A stretch of DNA of 64,000 nucleotides, taken from Octopus sinensis (taxonomy: Eukaryota). This document shows positions 1 through 12,420 of the stretch, piece after piece (within the stretch, counting starts at the first letter, position 1; each line of letters starts with the position of its first letter). The stretch spans positions 136,001 to 200,000 of the forward strand of contig NW_021835963.1 in the NCBI RefSeq assembly GCF_006345805.1, in the 5' to 3' direction. The translations under genes were made by a program, and so were the position numbers. The notes below the pieces were generated by a model. That model made no database searches and was not told the DNA's origin. It saw only the letters and a list, made by a program, of their open reading frames with translations.

Positions 1-63
1 GCAACGCCGGCGATACTGTTAGTAGAATATAAAAAAGAAAAAATATGTGTATATATATATTAC

Positions 64-198
64 CTGAAAAGTGTTATGGCCATGGTTATATTGGCACAAA
101 CTTCTGTTAGGGAAAACAAGAAAAAGTTCAAATATCCATTACCTGCCAAACTAGGACTGGTCATATATACGGCGATGTATGTCACAGCGTTCATGAAC
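64..198 (-). CDS. SLC22-like transporter, coding exon 6 (TM7-8; gene continues beyond left edge)
   Basis: TTCCAG| acceptor. (G)FMNAVTYIAVYMTSPSLAGNGYLNFFLFSLTEV...TLF(R); L-x-GN-x-YLNF is typical of SLC22. AG|GTAAT donor; phase consistent with exon 5. Confidence 0.9.
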
Positions 199-1304
199 CT
201 GGAAATCCAAAGAATATAATGTATTTCTGTTAAAAATTGATTTCTGCTGCATAAGTTTAGTGGAATAACTACAGATTCAGTTCTGACTTAAGATCCGATA
301 CTTAAACTATATTTATAAACTGTTTAGAACATAAAATCAAAACACAAACCCCATTAAGGAAATCTGTCTTCAAAAAACAAACATATAATCCATTTTTGAC
401 ACTTGAGAATTATAAACTATTCTAAAATAATTTACAAGCCACTTCTTCCAATCCAGAAGTGATATGCAAAAAAGCCAACATAAATTGGTGACAGTTTGAC
501 GTTCCCTTTCTGAAATATAAAGCTGAATGCCTCTTTAACGACTTAGCATCAGTAGAAGAAAGAATGCAGTGGGACTGCGTCAGTGATTAGGTTGTAGGTG
601 TACGACGAAACGTTTTGGCACTTCGTAGAACACAGTACTATCAATGACACAGCATTGCTGAATGGTTAAGGAGTTTGTTTCATATCCTAGGGAAGTGGCA
701 TTCGTCATAATCCTTTCGTTGATGCAAGGTTTTGTTACACCGTTGAATGGCTTACCCCCGAAATAATTCCAAGATCCAGCCTTGCCACACCACCTTATGC
801 TGATTCTACCCGAGATTTACATTCAGGGGTCATGTTTCTGTGAAATACTGAATCACTTCTGGCGCTTATTCAATTGGTTGGTAGTTCAGATGAGCATCCG
901 GGTACTTATATGATTCGGGGGCGTCAGCACAGGCTGTTTGGTAATTGTTACCGGACTTACCGGTTTAGATCCCTCGTACCGTATTCTCTTCTCTGTGGAT
1001 CCGGATATGGTAACGGCTCGTGTTGGTTGGCCATATGCCGCACGGCCATAGTGGTTGAGGAAGTATCTCGCAGATGAGAACTGACTGGTACATTTCTCGA
1101 AGTGTTGCCCGGAACGACCCGAGAGGATTCCGATAAATGGTGGATGCAACGACGCACTGCAACGGCGCAGGACCTCCATATCTCATTCGACCCCAGTTGT
1201 GCGAACAACTGAATACTCATGATCGAAACCGACGGAGAACCATTATTTCTACAGCTGAATATTTCCATTCTATCTTTTAATCAGGCGAATAAGTAGTGTA
1301 TTTA

Positions 1305-1581
1305 ACTCCTTCGGATTGCCTCTTATTCAGGTCTCTGCAGAATAGTCTTAATGGTAAAAATTTCAATTCCTTGGATGACGTAAAAAGATACCTTGATGAA
1401 TTCTTTGCCAAGAAACCACCTCAGTTCTGGGAAGAGGGTATTTTCAAGTTAAAGTAAAGATGTAGACGCATTGGGCAACAAAATGGTTCATATTTGGTTG
1501 ATTAAAAATGTAATGGCAAGTATTTATTGACCTTTTTCTTTCCTTTAAAAATCGGTACGAACTTTCCGGACAACCCAATAT
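1305..1581 (+). mobile_element. Mariner transposon 3' remnant with terminal repeat
   Basis: Translates PSD..LFRSLQNSLNGKNFNSLDDVKRYLDEFFAKKPPQFWEEGIFKL*...QNGSYLVD* (mariner C-terminus) and ends ACTTTCCGGACAACCCAATA, a mariner-type TIR. Confidence 0.85.
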
Positions 1582-2024
1582 AATGCAGTGATTCACCACA
1601 ACCTCTTGCGAACCTACGGTTTCCAAAAATTCTTGGTGAATCCATCGGTTCTACCCGTCATTGAGGGTGCCCCATCAGTAGTCAGGCCACGCAGTTTAGA
1701 AGGGTCACGTCGAAACCTCTCCATGAACTTCAAGATTTGTTCACTAATATCTTGTCCAGTGCTTGCTGAAGACATACTGGCCACGTCCCAAAATTCTTCA
1801 GTTATTTCAAAATTGTCAGTAACTCCTCCTACGAACAGAACCAATTGTACAATGTCACTTACATCTGTGTTTTCATCAAGAGCCAAACTATATGCTGCAC
1901 ATCTATTTATCCTTTCGTTTAAAGTTTCTTCGATATTTTCTGCTAGTTGATTTATTCTGCACGAAACAGTAAAACGAGACAGACTGGTTTGCTGCAATAA
2001 ATGTTTCTTTTCGGGACCTGCAAA
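1582..2024 (-). mobile_element. hAT (Buster/Charlie, GTF2IRD2-like) transposase fragment
   Basis: SLSRFTV..RI...YSLALDENTDVSDIVQL.LFV.GV...LTTDGAPSMTG...HCII, frameshifted; truncated by a Helitron at 2025. Confidence 0.88.
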
Positions 2025-2417
2025 TCTCTCTATATATAAAGCTGAAGTTGTCTGTGTATGGCAAGTTTGGTAGCCTTCAACTAACACTATCTCCTCCGAG
2101 ACCCTGCGGCGCAAGTTGACCAAAATTGAGAGTATGATAGAAGAAGGCTTGCTCTTCCTTCCGTAGAAGAAAAAATTCAAATCGAACCATGTTAACACCA
2201 AAAATTATTTACATCAAAAAGGTGCTTTTTTTTCTATGAAAATCCCTAATTTTTATGATTTTTTGACTGCTGTGTCGCCATTTTTCGGTGTATTTCAACC
2301 AGAAAATTGTTCACTTAAAGAGAATAACAAGCTACATAATGCAAAATTTTTACTCTTCAAAAATTCCAATTCTAAAGGGTCGAAACAAACCCGAGCAACG
2401 CCGGGCGATACTGCAAG
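2025..2417 (+). mobile_element. Non-autonomous Helitron
   Basis: A|TCTCTCTATATATAAA 5' end; 3' hairpin CCCGAGCAACGCCGGG then C(A)AG|T. Near-identical inverted copy at 55808-56180. Confidence 0.8.
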
Positions 2418-2948
2418 TCAGTAAATATACCCAAGCAACTTTTTATGAATTCTCCATCACTGAAGGGTTCCCTTTTCTTCGATTGATTTACAGATTTCGA
2501 AGTTAAGCTTTGTTACAAGCCCAGAGTCTTGTAAGCAATAAGGAATATGTCGATATTCCTTATTGCTTCTTAATCGACTTGGTCACCTGTTCTAGTGTGT
2601 TCACTCGCGCTTGACCTACCAATGTATCATATATGGTTGAATGTTTCGTTGTATAATGACGTTTAATGTTGTATTCTTTCATTATGGCTATTGCAGTTGG
2701 GCAGATTACACATACAACACCTTTGTTGAGCTGAACAACTAAATATTTCTTATTCCAGTCATTGTTTAATATTCTTCTCTCGTCAATTTTCCGGGGGTTT
2801 TTTTGCAGCAGATATCTTTACCAGCATAAAACATAAACAATATTAAAACAGTTTGAATTATCATAAAGGCGAAAGGGAAGGGCTCAAAAAGTGCAATTTT
2901 GTAGAAATTTGAATTGATGGGCTGTGATCTAGCAACTATAAGAAAGGA

Positions 2949-3335
2949 GGAGGCGCAATGGCCCAGTGGTTAGGGCAGCGGACTCGCGGTCGTAGGATCG
3001 CGGTTTCGATTCCCAGACCGGGCGTTGTGAGTGTTTATTGAACGAAAACACCTAAAGCTCCATGAGGCTCCGGCAGGGATGGTGGTGATCCCTGCTGTAC
3101 TCTTTCACCACAACTTTCTCTCACTCTTACTTCCTGTTTCTCTTGTACCTGTATTTCAAAGGGCCGGCCTTGTCACTCTCTGTGTCACGCTGAATATCCC
3201 CGAAACTACGTTAAGGGTACACGTGTCTGTGGAATGCTCAGCCACTTACACGTTAATTTCACGAGCAGGCTGTTCCGTTGATCACATCAACCGGAACCCT
3301 CATCGTCGTAACCGACGGAGTGCTTCCATCCATCC
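2949..3335 (+). mobile_element. tRNA-derived SINE (family C) with 11-bp TSD
   Basis: A-box TGGCCCAGTGG and B-box GGTTTCGATTCC; (CCAT)n tail; TSD ATAAGAAAGGA at 2938-2948 and 3336-3346. Other copies at ~34255-34637 (-) and ~47100-47380 (-). Confidence 0.85.
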
Positions 3336-3565
3336 ATAAGAAAGGAATAATAAATTCAAATCCAAGTCTCTTTGTGTAGCTTCAATGTCAAAAATGCGAC
3401 GTCCTTGACATTTTGTCAGGTCGACTCGAAAACTGGAAAGTTTGTCTCATTGCTACGAAACAAAAATCGAAATTAGCGTACGAGGTAAAAAAAAGAAAAT
3501 AATAATAATAAAACCGGTTAGCGAGGGCCGCCTGTTGCACACTCTTGGCTTAGAATGTAACTTAC

Positions 3566-3847
3566 CCGACAACGAACAGAATAAGCGTCATTCTGCGAGC
3601 CAATGAATTCGTAAATATTGTGAGGTATCCTTCTTTTTTGACTTCTTGTTGCTGTGACAGTTTTTCTTTGGATGATATCATAGAGTCTTTGTTCTTGACT
3701 GTGATTAATGGAATCAAATTAGTTTCTATCTTGTCCCAAATCGGGCCGAAATCAACGCCATTTTCTTTGGCAACTCGTTTGATTACCTTCTTGGATCTTT
3801 CAAAATCTCCATTGGTGACCAACCAGCGCAGAGATTCTTCAAGGTAC
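3566..3847 (-). CDS. SLC22-like transporter, coding exon 5 (central cytoplasmic loop)
   Basis: CTCAAG| acceptor. (W)YLEESLRWLVTNGDFERSKKVIKRVAKENG...LARRMTLILFVV(G); EESLRWL is the PESPRWL equivalent. GG|GTAAGT donor. Confidence 0.93.
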
Positions 3848-3939
3848 CTTGAGAAAATAGAATCAAAATTTCCTTTCACAAGAGAACAGAAATAGGGACA
3901 ACAGCACATTCATACTTCTTTCGCGTTTCTTTTCTTTAA

Positions 3940-4265
3940 CTGTCTGTCTGTATGTATGTATATATGTATGTGTGTATGTGTGTATGTACATTCGTACGTA
4001 TGTATATATGTGTGTATGTGTATATGTGTTTGTGTGTATGCGAGTATGTATTCTTGTATGTGTGCATGTATGTCTCTCTCTCTCTCTCTCTCTCGTTCGG
4101 ACGCTCTTCTGTTTTACGACTTCTGCTCATGATGGTAACGACGATGACGACGATGATGATGATGACGTCGACGGTGATGACGACAATGTTGGTGATGATG
4201 ACATGAGGGCAATAGCGATAACAGGTTATGATGATGATGATGATGGCAATCATGATGGCGATCAA

Positions 4266-4308
<43 letters not shown>

Positions 4309-4430
4309 TTGGTAGTGGTGATCGTAGTGATCAGGGTGGTGATGGTTGGGTTGATTGTGGCGGTTATGATGATGGTGATTGTGGTGATGGTGGAGGAAGA
4401 GAATGGTGATTATGGAGGCGATGGTAGTGA
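3940..4430. repeat. Compound microsatellite (TG/TATG, TC, GAT)
   Basis: Directly visible simple repeats inside the SLC22 exon 4-5 intron. Confidence 0.95.
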
Positions 4431-4493
4431 TTTTTTGCTTCTTTTTTTTTTACTGTGTTAATTGATTCTGGAAAGAAAGCGTAACAATCTTAC

Positions 4494-4696
4494 CACAATT
4501 GGAAGAATACTATGACGTGGCTGCTTGAATACACGATATTATTGATTTTCCAACTGTAGTTACGAAGCAAATAGGCAACTGGTGCAAAGGGCAAGACACA
4601 CAGGCCCCAGGTGACACCACTCATACCACTCATCAGCGTACGATGCGAAACTGGATACAGCTCCAACATAAGAGTGTAAGTTGCTACAGCAAGGCC
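4494..4696 (-). CDS. SLC22-like transporter, coding exon 4
   Basis: GACAG| acceptor. [24 protein letters not shown]...[10 protein letters not shown]...FFQL(W) contains E-x-x-P-x-x-x-R and AY-x-x-R-x-x-x-W motifs. TG|GTAAGA donor, phase 2. The ORF track shows only a different frame here. Confidence 0.92.
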
Positions 4697-4715
4697 CTGT
4701 CAGAATAGGAACATG

Positions 4716-4817
<102 letters not shown>

Positions 4818-4879
4818 TATGTATACATGTGTATAGATATGACAATATATATATGTGTGTGTGTGTATTTACAGATACC

Positions 4880-4911
<32 letters not shown>

Positions 4912-5087
4912 TATATAAATTTTATTTCGTAACGAGATAAAAAAAAACAAGGCTGTGTAGATTTTAGAACATTTATAGACAGAAGGTCTTACACCTGTTT
5001 CCAGGATATTTGTTATATCTCTTCATCGGAGGATGGTTATTCAGTATTACTTGGCACCTTTGGGTCTCAATGACACCATTACCTCTC

Positions 5088-5149
<62 letters not shown>

Positions 5150-5152
<3 letters not shown>

Positions 5153-5565
5153 TACATTGAAAAATGCGGGCACATGCATGTTAATATTCTTAAGTTATTA
5201 CACCTGGAAAATTATAAAACAAGATTCCTACATGGTTGCTATTTCTACACAAATTGCACATTTTAATTCATTAAGAGATCGAGGACGATGACTGAAAACT
5301 TTTGATTTTAAATATCCCCACAAGAAGAAATCACATTTCACCATTCCAGAAGAAATGATCCATAGAGTTATCGATAACTTTCATGAACGTCTCCAACAGT
5401 GTGTTGACAAGGATGGGAAGCATTTAGCTGATTTAATTTTCAAAACTCAATGAAATAAAATGGCATTATATGTACATTCAGAAAATGAAATTTTTCTTTT
5501 TCTTATTTCTTATTTTGTGCTTTTATTAAGCCTCCAAATGTGTCAGATCATTTTGGTCCACCCTA
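5150..5565 (+). mobile_element. Tc1/mariner-type remnant
   Basis: IPEEMIHRVIDNFHERLQQCVDKDGKHLADLIFK* resembles a Tc1/mariner transposase C-terminus. Ends TTTTGGTCCACCC followed by TA. Confidence 0.65.
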
Positions 5566-5578
5566 TATATATATATAT

Positions 5579-7520
5579 CAGTCCCATGAAAAGGAGAGAG
5601 CAGATAAAGAAGCTTGGGTAATAGAAAATAGAAAATCAAACCCTAAAGCTTTCTTTAAGTTTGCCAAAGAGACAGCCACAGTGCATCAGAGAATAAGAAC
5701 TCTCTTCCAAAAAGATGGCTCTCTCACAGAAATCCCACGATGATAAGTGAAATACTGAACGAACAATTCCAAAGTGTGTTCACTACACCTCTAGGACACA
5801 GGCAAGTAAACAACCCAGAAGAATTCTTTGCCACTTTACCTGCGGCCAAAGAGGCAAAAATTGAGTACATCAATTGATGATATCACACTAGACATAGATG
5901 AGATTGACATAAACTCAGCTGCTGGACCTGATGGATTCCCAGCGATCCTTCTCAAATCGTGCAAACGAGCCCTTGCAAAACCGCTACAGCTTCTTTTTCA
6001 GAGCTTTCTTGCAAGTGGCAAGCTCCCAGTCAAATTGAAAGAAGGGGTAATATGCCCTATCCATAAGGGAGGTAGCAGAGCAGATGCTAAAAATTATAGG
6101 CCTATCTCTCTGACCTCACACATCAGCAAAGTCATGGAACGAATAGTCCGTAAGAAACTAATCATGTTCCTTGAAGAAAATGACTTGCTGTCTGACACCC
6201 AGCATGGATTTCGACCAGGTAGAAGCTGCCTAACACAGCTCCTGCAACACTATGGCTGGGTGTTGAAACAGCTACTAAATGGCTCAAATGTGGATGTAAT
6301 ATATCTCGACTTTGCAAAAGCCTTTGATAAAGTCGACCATGGTATGATCTGTCACAAACTGCGTGGTCTCGGCATAGGCGGAAAACTTGGAGAGTGGCTG
6401 CACAACTTCCTAAAAGACAGAAGACAGGCAGTTGTGAGCAATGGAACCACCTCCAAGGAAACACAAACAACAAGCGGTGTCCCACAGGGCACTGTCTTGG
6501 GGCCACTATGAACATCAGTGGCCCTTTCAGACATGCCTTCAGTTGCTACGATGGCCACCCTTGCTAGCTATGCAGATGACGCATCTTCAACAGGTGGTGG
6601 ACACAATATACAGGTGGGCTGAGGACAACAACATGCAGTTTAATGCAGGTAAGTTCCAGGCCTTGCGCTACCGGCACACAAAGGTAAACGACGTGCAGAC
6701 TGGATACACTGGCCCAGGAAGAATTGCAATCCCTGAGTCAAAATCAGTGTGTGACCTGGGCATTGACATGAGCAATGATGCATCTTTCCAAGTGCATATT
6801 ACTAATCTGGTGATAAAATGCAGACGGCTAGCTGGATGGATTCTCCGAACTTTCAGAACAAGAGAGAAGGAGACACTGATGGTCCCATGGAAAACATTCG
6901 TCCTCAGCCGCTTGGACTACTGCTCCCAACTATGGTCACCACACAATATAAAACTAACAGCAGAACTCGAAGCAATTCAGAGAAGCTACACAAAGAAAAT
7001 CGTCTCAATGCAAAATATCAGCTACTGTGAAAGACTGAAAGTATTAAACCTCTTCTCTCTAGAGCGGAGGCGGGAGAGATATGCGGTGATATACATCTGG
7101 AAAATCCTGGAGGGTCTTGTCCCAAACTTTGGCATTCAAAGTTACCCCAACCGCAGAACGGGGCGCCACTGCATGGTGCCAAAGGTTCCAACATCACCAT
7201 CAAAATACAGGTCCAGATACTGCAACAGCTTGGGTTTCAGAGGACCACAGCTCTTTAACATCCTCCCTAAATGCCTGAGAGACTTACATGGTGTGGATGT
7301 GGGTTTCTTTAAAACTAAACTGGATCTCTTCTTGTCGAGAGTCCCAGATGAACCTACCTCACGACAGGAGACGCAGATGCGGGCAGCAGCATCGAACTCC
7401 CTTGTTGATCAAGTGCCACGTATCAGAGGTGGATTCACATACTAGTGTAGCTCATTCAGCGGTGGTGCCCCAGCATAGCCGCGACCTTCGGGCTGAAACA
7501 TTTTTAAGGATTTAAGGATT

Positions 7521-7521
<1 letters not shown>
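5579..7521 (+). mobile_element. 5'-truncated CR1/L2-group LINE (reverse transcriptase), degenerate
   Basis: RT motifs AAGPDG, NYRPISLTS, QHGFRPGRSC, YLDFAKAFDKVDH, GVPQGTVLGPL and YADD; C-terminal RLDYCSQLWSP...SLERRRER. Frameshifts and deletions present; (TTTAAGGA)n tail; inserted in (TA)n, antisense within an SLC22 intron. Confidence 0.92.
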
Positions 7522-7551
<30 letters not shown>

Positions 7552-8883
7552 TACATTTCATTAAGTTTTTAAAATTAAATCAGCTAAAAGCTTCCCATCT
7601 TTGTCAACACACTGTTGGAGACGTTCATGAAAGCTATCGATAATTCTATGGATCGTGGGTCCGCGAGCACACATGTGAGCGTATGACTAGACTATGAAAT
7701 TTTAATCTTATTTTACATAAGTAGCAGAATTATAGCACAGTAATTTCCCTTTATATAACGGTATTTTTTCATAGCGTTTTTTCTGATGACCAGATAACCG
7801 AAAAGATGGTGTTGTAGATTTCTACTTCGTCATCTAAAACTTATCTAAAACTTATCTTTATCTTGACTATTGAGTAATTGTAACATTATTTTATAGATAA
7901 ATTTCCTCTATTTATATAATATTGAGGTCTCTTTCTTTTGTTATCTTACCGTTTTTACCAATATATATATATATATATATTTCACTTAGATATTGTCGGT
8001 ATATTTCTACTGAAGAGTATCAAGAAATTTTTATTACAAAACACAAAATCTTAAGATATAGAGTTGTCCGAAATCTTATGAATATCCTTGTCCATTTCCT
8101 CGCATTCAGCCTTGTGCAAAAACGGAGAACGCATTTAGAATGGTTTGTAGACATTTGGATTCTACTTCTAGCGTATTGGCGTTGTCCCTCCAGCGCACTT
8201 AGTTATAATTATATATTTATAATTATACACTTAAATATTAATGTCTTTATTAAAGATATCTTCTTTTATCTTCGACTTGTGTCAGTCAGACGATTGCAGC
8301 CATCCTGGGGCATTGCCTTGAAGGGTTTTAGTCGAACAAGTCTACTGAGGTACTTCGAACCGCTAATTAGATGGGACATAACCAAATCAAAATGAGTGTT
8401 AAAATTGATGTTATCAAATTAGTATCCAATTTTTTCACCCTCATTTTGATTTTAATTTTTAATTAATACGTTCTCAAACAGGCGAAAACTACTGCAGTGA
8501 ATTATTTATGCAGTATTTATTTCCGGTAATTTAGCGCGCCTGAACGAAGACTTTTGAAAAAAACCGCAAATATAATAGGTAGAACTACATGCATTTTCGA
8601 CCTCGTGTTGATATCTGGCGTGAAGTTCTTCAAATTATATTCTGCATAGACGATCATACTGACGATCTACAGATAAATTGTGTAAGTAAAATTACGTAAT
8701 TTGTTGATAGTGAAACAATTGTTTATGATTAATCTATATCTTTATTACTTTTCCTTTGTCTTGCTCGTTTATGTTTCTGGTGTGCTAAAATTTTCTGGAG
8801 AACAATTCTTAGTGGTTAAGGCCACAGCGGATCTTCTTCTAGCATAAGGGTTTCCACATAGTGGTTAAAAAAATTCCCACTTA

Positions 8884-8984
<101 letters not shown>

Positions 8985-9012
8985 ATCTGTATGTGTGTAT
9001 TTGAGACCTTAC

Positions 9013-9243
9013 CTGCATAGAGATTCCTTCCAGCACACGAAAAACTATAAAGACATAGTAATTCGGAGAAAAGCTCGATGAGAACGAGAAGATAAAAAGT
9101 AAGATATTGCTGATGACTAATACTGGCTTCCTTCCTTTTGTATCAGAAAAGTAAGGCAGAGTCAGCGCTCCAATCAAGCCACCAACTGAGAATAATGTTT
9201 GAGTGAGCTCAGATAATCCGGCTTTGTCGCATACGAGGTCCCA
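9013..9243 (-). CDS. SLC22-like transporter, coding exon 3
   Basis: TTTCAG|[44 protein letters not shown]...[10 protein letters not shown] carries the SLC22 WDLVC signature and MFS motif A (SD-x-x-GRK). Donor CAG|GTAAGG, phase 0. Confidence 0.95.
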
Positions 9244-9773
9244 CTGAAAATTAACAAAAACAACAAAATCAATAAAGTGCCAAATTATGTTTTACAAATG
9301 TAGAGAAATGTCTTTCTTTTTTTCTTTTTCTTTCTTTTTTTTTTGCTGGTGGTGGAGAATATTTTTCATATTTTCTTATATTTTAAGTAAAGATTGAAAG
9401 AATACGATCGTGAATACAAACAGCCGAAACATATGTTGTCTTTTTTTTCATTTTGCTTGTTTCAGTCATTGGACTGTGGCCATGCTACAGCGTCGCCTTG
9501 AAGAAATTTCGTCGAACGAATTGATTGCCCTAAGCATGGTACGAATTCTATCGAATCCTTATACAGAACCGGTAAGTTACGGGGACGTAAACAAACCAAA
9601 ACCGACTTCAAGCAGGCGTAAGGAACAAGCACAAACACAAAGACACATACAGACACGCGCGCGCGCACACATATTCTTTCTACTAGAAGCACAAGACCTA
9701 AAATTTTCGCGAGGGGACTAATCGATCATCGATTGGTACTTATTTAATCGATCCCGAAAGGATGGAAAGCAAA

Positions 9774-12420
9774 GTCTGTGTGTCAATTTGTTGGCCTATG
9801 GGAAACATCATGTCATGGTAGAATAAAATTGAACAAAAATAAAACAGAATTCTTTTTAGGAGAAATGGAAGCTTGTTTGATGTTTCGAGCCTATGCTCTT
9901 AAACAGAAGGGGATGAAGGTAAAAGATGGACGGAAAGGGGAAAAAAATAACAGAGAAAAAAAAACGTGTCTGGTGTAATTTATTTCAAAGCAAAATAAAG
10001 TGACGTAATTCGCATACATACAATAATCTACGAGGCCATAGCTTGTGGCTTTCGATTTTGATGTCAAACAAAATGCTCAACGGCATTTCTCACGGTTTTA
10101 TGTTCTGAGTTCAAGTCTCACCGAGGTAGACTTTGTCTTTCGTCAAAACAAGTACCAGTTAATCATTGGGGGTCGATGTAATCGACTTCCCCTTCCCCTA
10201 AATTTCAGGCCTTGTGCTTATAGCAGAAAGGATTACGCTGAATCTCTAGCGTATCGGACAAAATGCTTTGTGGCATTTCCTCCGGATTGACGTTCCGAGA
10301 GCAAGTTTCACCGAAATCGAATCTGCCTTTCATCCTTTCGGGGTTGATAAAATAAGGATCATTCAAGTACTGAAGCCGATGCAATCGACAAGGCTCCTCC
10401 CGCAGTATTTCAAGCCTTGTATAGTAGAGTAGAAATAACAAGTATTATTTAAGCTAAGGTGGAGGCGTGTGGCTCAGTGGTTAGAGTATCGTTAGATTGT
10501 GGTTTCGATTCCTGGACCGCGCGATGCGTTGTGTTCTTGAGCAAAACACTTCATTTCACGTTGCTCCAGTCCACTCAGCTGGCAAACATAAGTAAACCTG
10601 CGATGGACTGGCGTCCCATCCCAGTGGAGAATATATACACCATTGAAACCGGGACACCTGTCCTCATAAGCCTGGCCTGGATCGAGAAGGATATGTTTAT
10701 TTTATATAAGGCGGCGAGCTGGCAGAATCGTCAAAGCCTCGGGTAAAATGCTTAGAAGAGATTTAGGTTCTACATTTTGAGTTCAAATTCTGACGAGGTG
10801 GACTTTGCCTTTCACCTTTTTGAAGTCTACAAAATAAGTACCAGTTGAGCACTGGAGTCGATGTAACCGACTTACACACACCACATTAAGATTCTAGCGA
10901 AAGTTGAACCCTTTATTAATTTTTGTGTGTCATGAAATGCGTATTATAAGGAATTCTCACCAGTTTTGTATTTAGTTATATATAAGTCCAACTGTTCATG
11001 TCGAGGTATTATTTTATCAATTTTTTTATCTCAGAAGTTATATTTTTTTCAGTTGTATTACATTAGATCCTATTTTAAAGTCTATTTTTATGTACAAATT
11101 TATCTGTCACATAATATCGCATGAGGTTCAGGTACCGTAATCAAACCTCCACTTATACGATCATGAGGTTTCTGTTTTGTATATCGATACATCTAAGTTG
11201 AAGTGCACTATCTAGGGCGATCTAGGAAGCAGTTTTAAGTTCTAAGTTATTTCCACAAATAACAAATGCTCGTTCATTTAGCAAGAAATTATGTTAAGAG
11301 GTCAAGGTAATCGATTTACGCCATGGCCTCAAAATTACTGACCAAGATTTGAAATTTGAAACCGATGTATTAGTATTCCTTTTGTTTCTTCTCGATTGCA
11401 AATAATACTGCTTTCGTTTCGGTATTTCAAGTCAACCATGATGCTTATATAACATTCCCCACTTTTTCCACTTGAAGTCTCAAATGCTCATGTATACCCA
11501 CAATAAGATATATCTTCTTTATATATAAAAGTCAAGTTGTGTGTCTGTCTCCTACGATTTAGATTCCTAACTACTCAACGATTTAAAAAAAATTTACCAT
11601 AATTTTTTTTCCATTTTTAATGCATTTTTTTTTGCTATTTTTTTGGCTATAACTCTCTAAAAATGCTTTATAGTTATTTCCCTTACAAACCCGAGCAACG
11701 CCGGGCGATACTGCTAGTTATGTTTAAAAGACGAGATGGTCATGCATTTAGCAGCCTCAGTAGTAAGATAATGGTGGGTCAAGAATCGATTATCGTTTAG
11801 CTTGTATCACTGAAATTTTGTGTAACAAAACACGATTTTCTGAAATTCGTTGAAGATAATGAATTTGCCACGAAAGATTATATAACCCCGGACATTCCAA
11901 ACTTTTTACATTAGTGTCCCGCTTTTTTGAAACACAAATTTTCCTGATGCATTAAGTTTTCTTCGATTTACCTCAAATCAAAGAAATTAACAAATAAACA
12001 ATTAAAAATATTCTCTCTCTCACCCACTCCTCTTCCTCCCCTTCTCTAAAACAAATCGTCTGCGTTTTTACTCAGAGAGGGACGGGCTTCGCATGTTCGT
12101 GTACGCAAAACACTCCGTATCTCGTGGCGGCATTATTACGATTCCATGAAGAAGTGAAGAGAAGAGACAATTGACTATCGTACCATGTCGCCTTACTCGT
12201 GTGGTATGACAGTCACCAGATTTTACTTAATTTTGTGGCACATCAAGGGATTATCGCCGACATTCTAACGTGTTGCGGCACATCGTTTCATAATCTCTTG
12301 TATAGTCTATTGAATTTAGCGCGGTTATAAACTTGCACTTATTTTTATCGTCCTCTTCGGGATTCGAACCTACAAAGGAGAAGCCGATCATTTAGACTAT
12401 TTTAATTCAACATTTGTAAT
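9774..12420 (+). repeat. Inverted segmental duplication, left arm (SLC22 intron 2)
   Basis: Reverse complement of 32630-35850, e.g. ggcctatgggaaacatcatgtcatggtagaat vs attctaccatgacatgatgtttcccataggcc. ORF-track entries 10205-10441(-) and 35191-35433(+) are near-identical. Confidence 0.97.
11513..11717 (+). mobile_element. Non-autonomous Helitron (short)
   Basis: A|TC...CCCGAGCAACGCCGGG...CTAG|T. The empty site is visible in the other duplication arm (~33301-33330). Confidence 0.92.

Noticed and set aside
1614-2201. 195-aa ORF as an intact or domesticated GTF2IRD2-like gene
   Set aside because: Chance read-through from Helitron sequence into a truncated, frameshifted hAT fragment.
2949-3025. 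Functional tRNA genes (also 10458-10520, 42608-42680)
   Set aside because: tRNA-like heads continue directly into repeat bodies (a TSD-flanked SINE at 2949) and lack proper acceptor stems.
5828-7445. Active LINE reverse transcriptase
   Set aside because: 5'-truncated with no endonuclease domain, stops near 5741, and frameshifts/deletions around the YADD motif.
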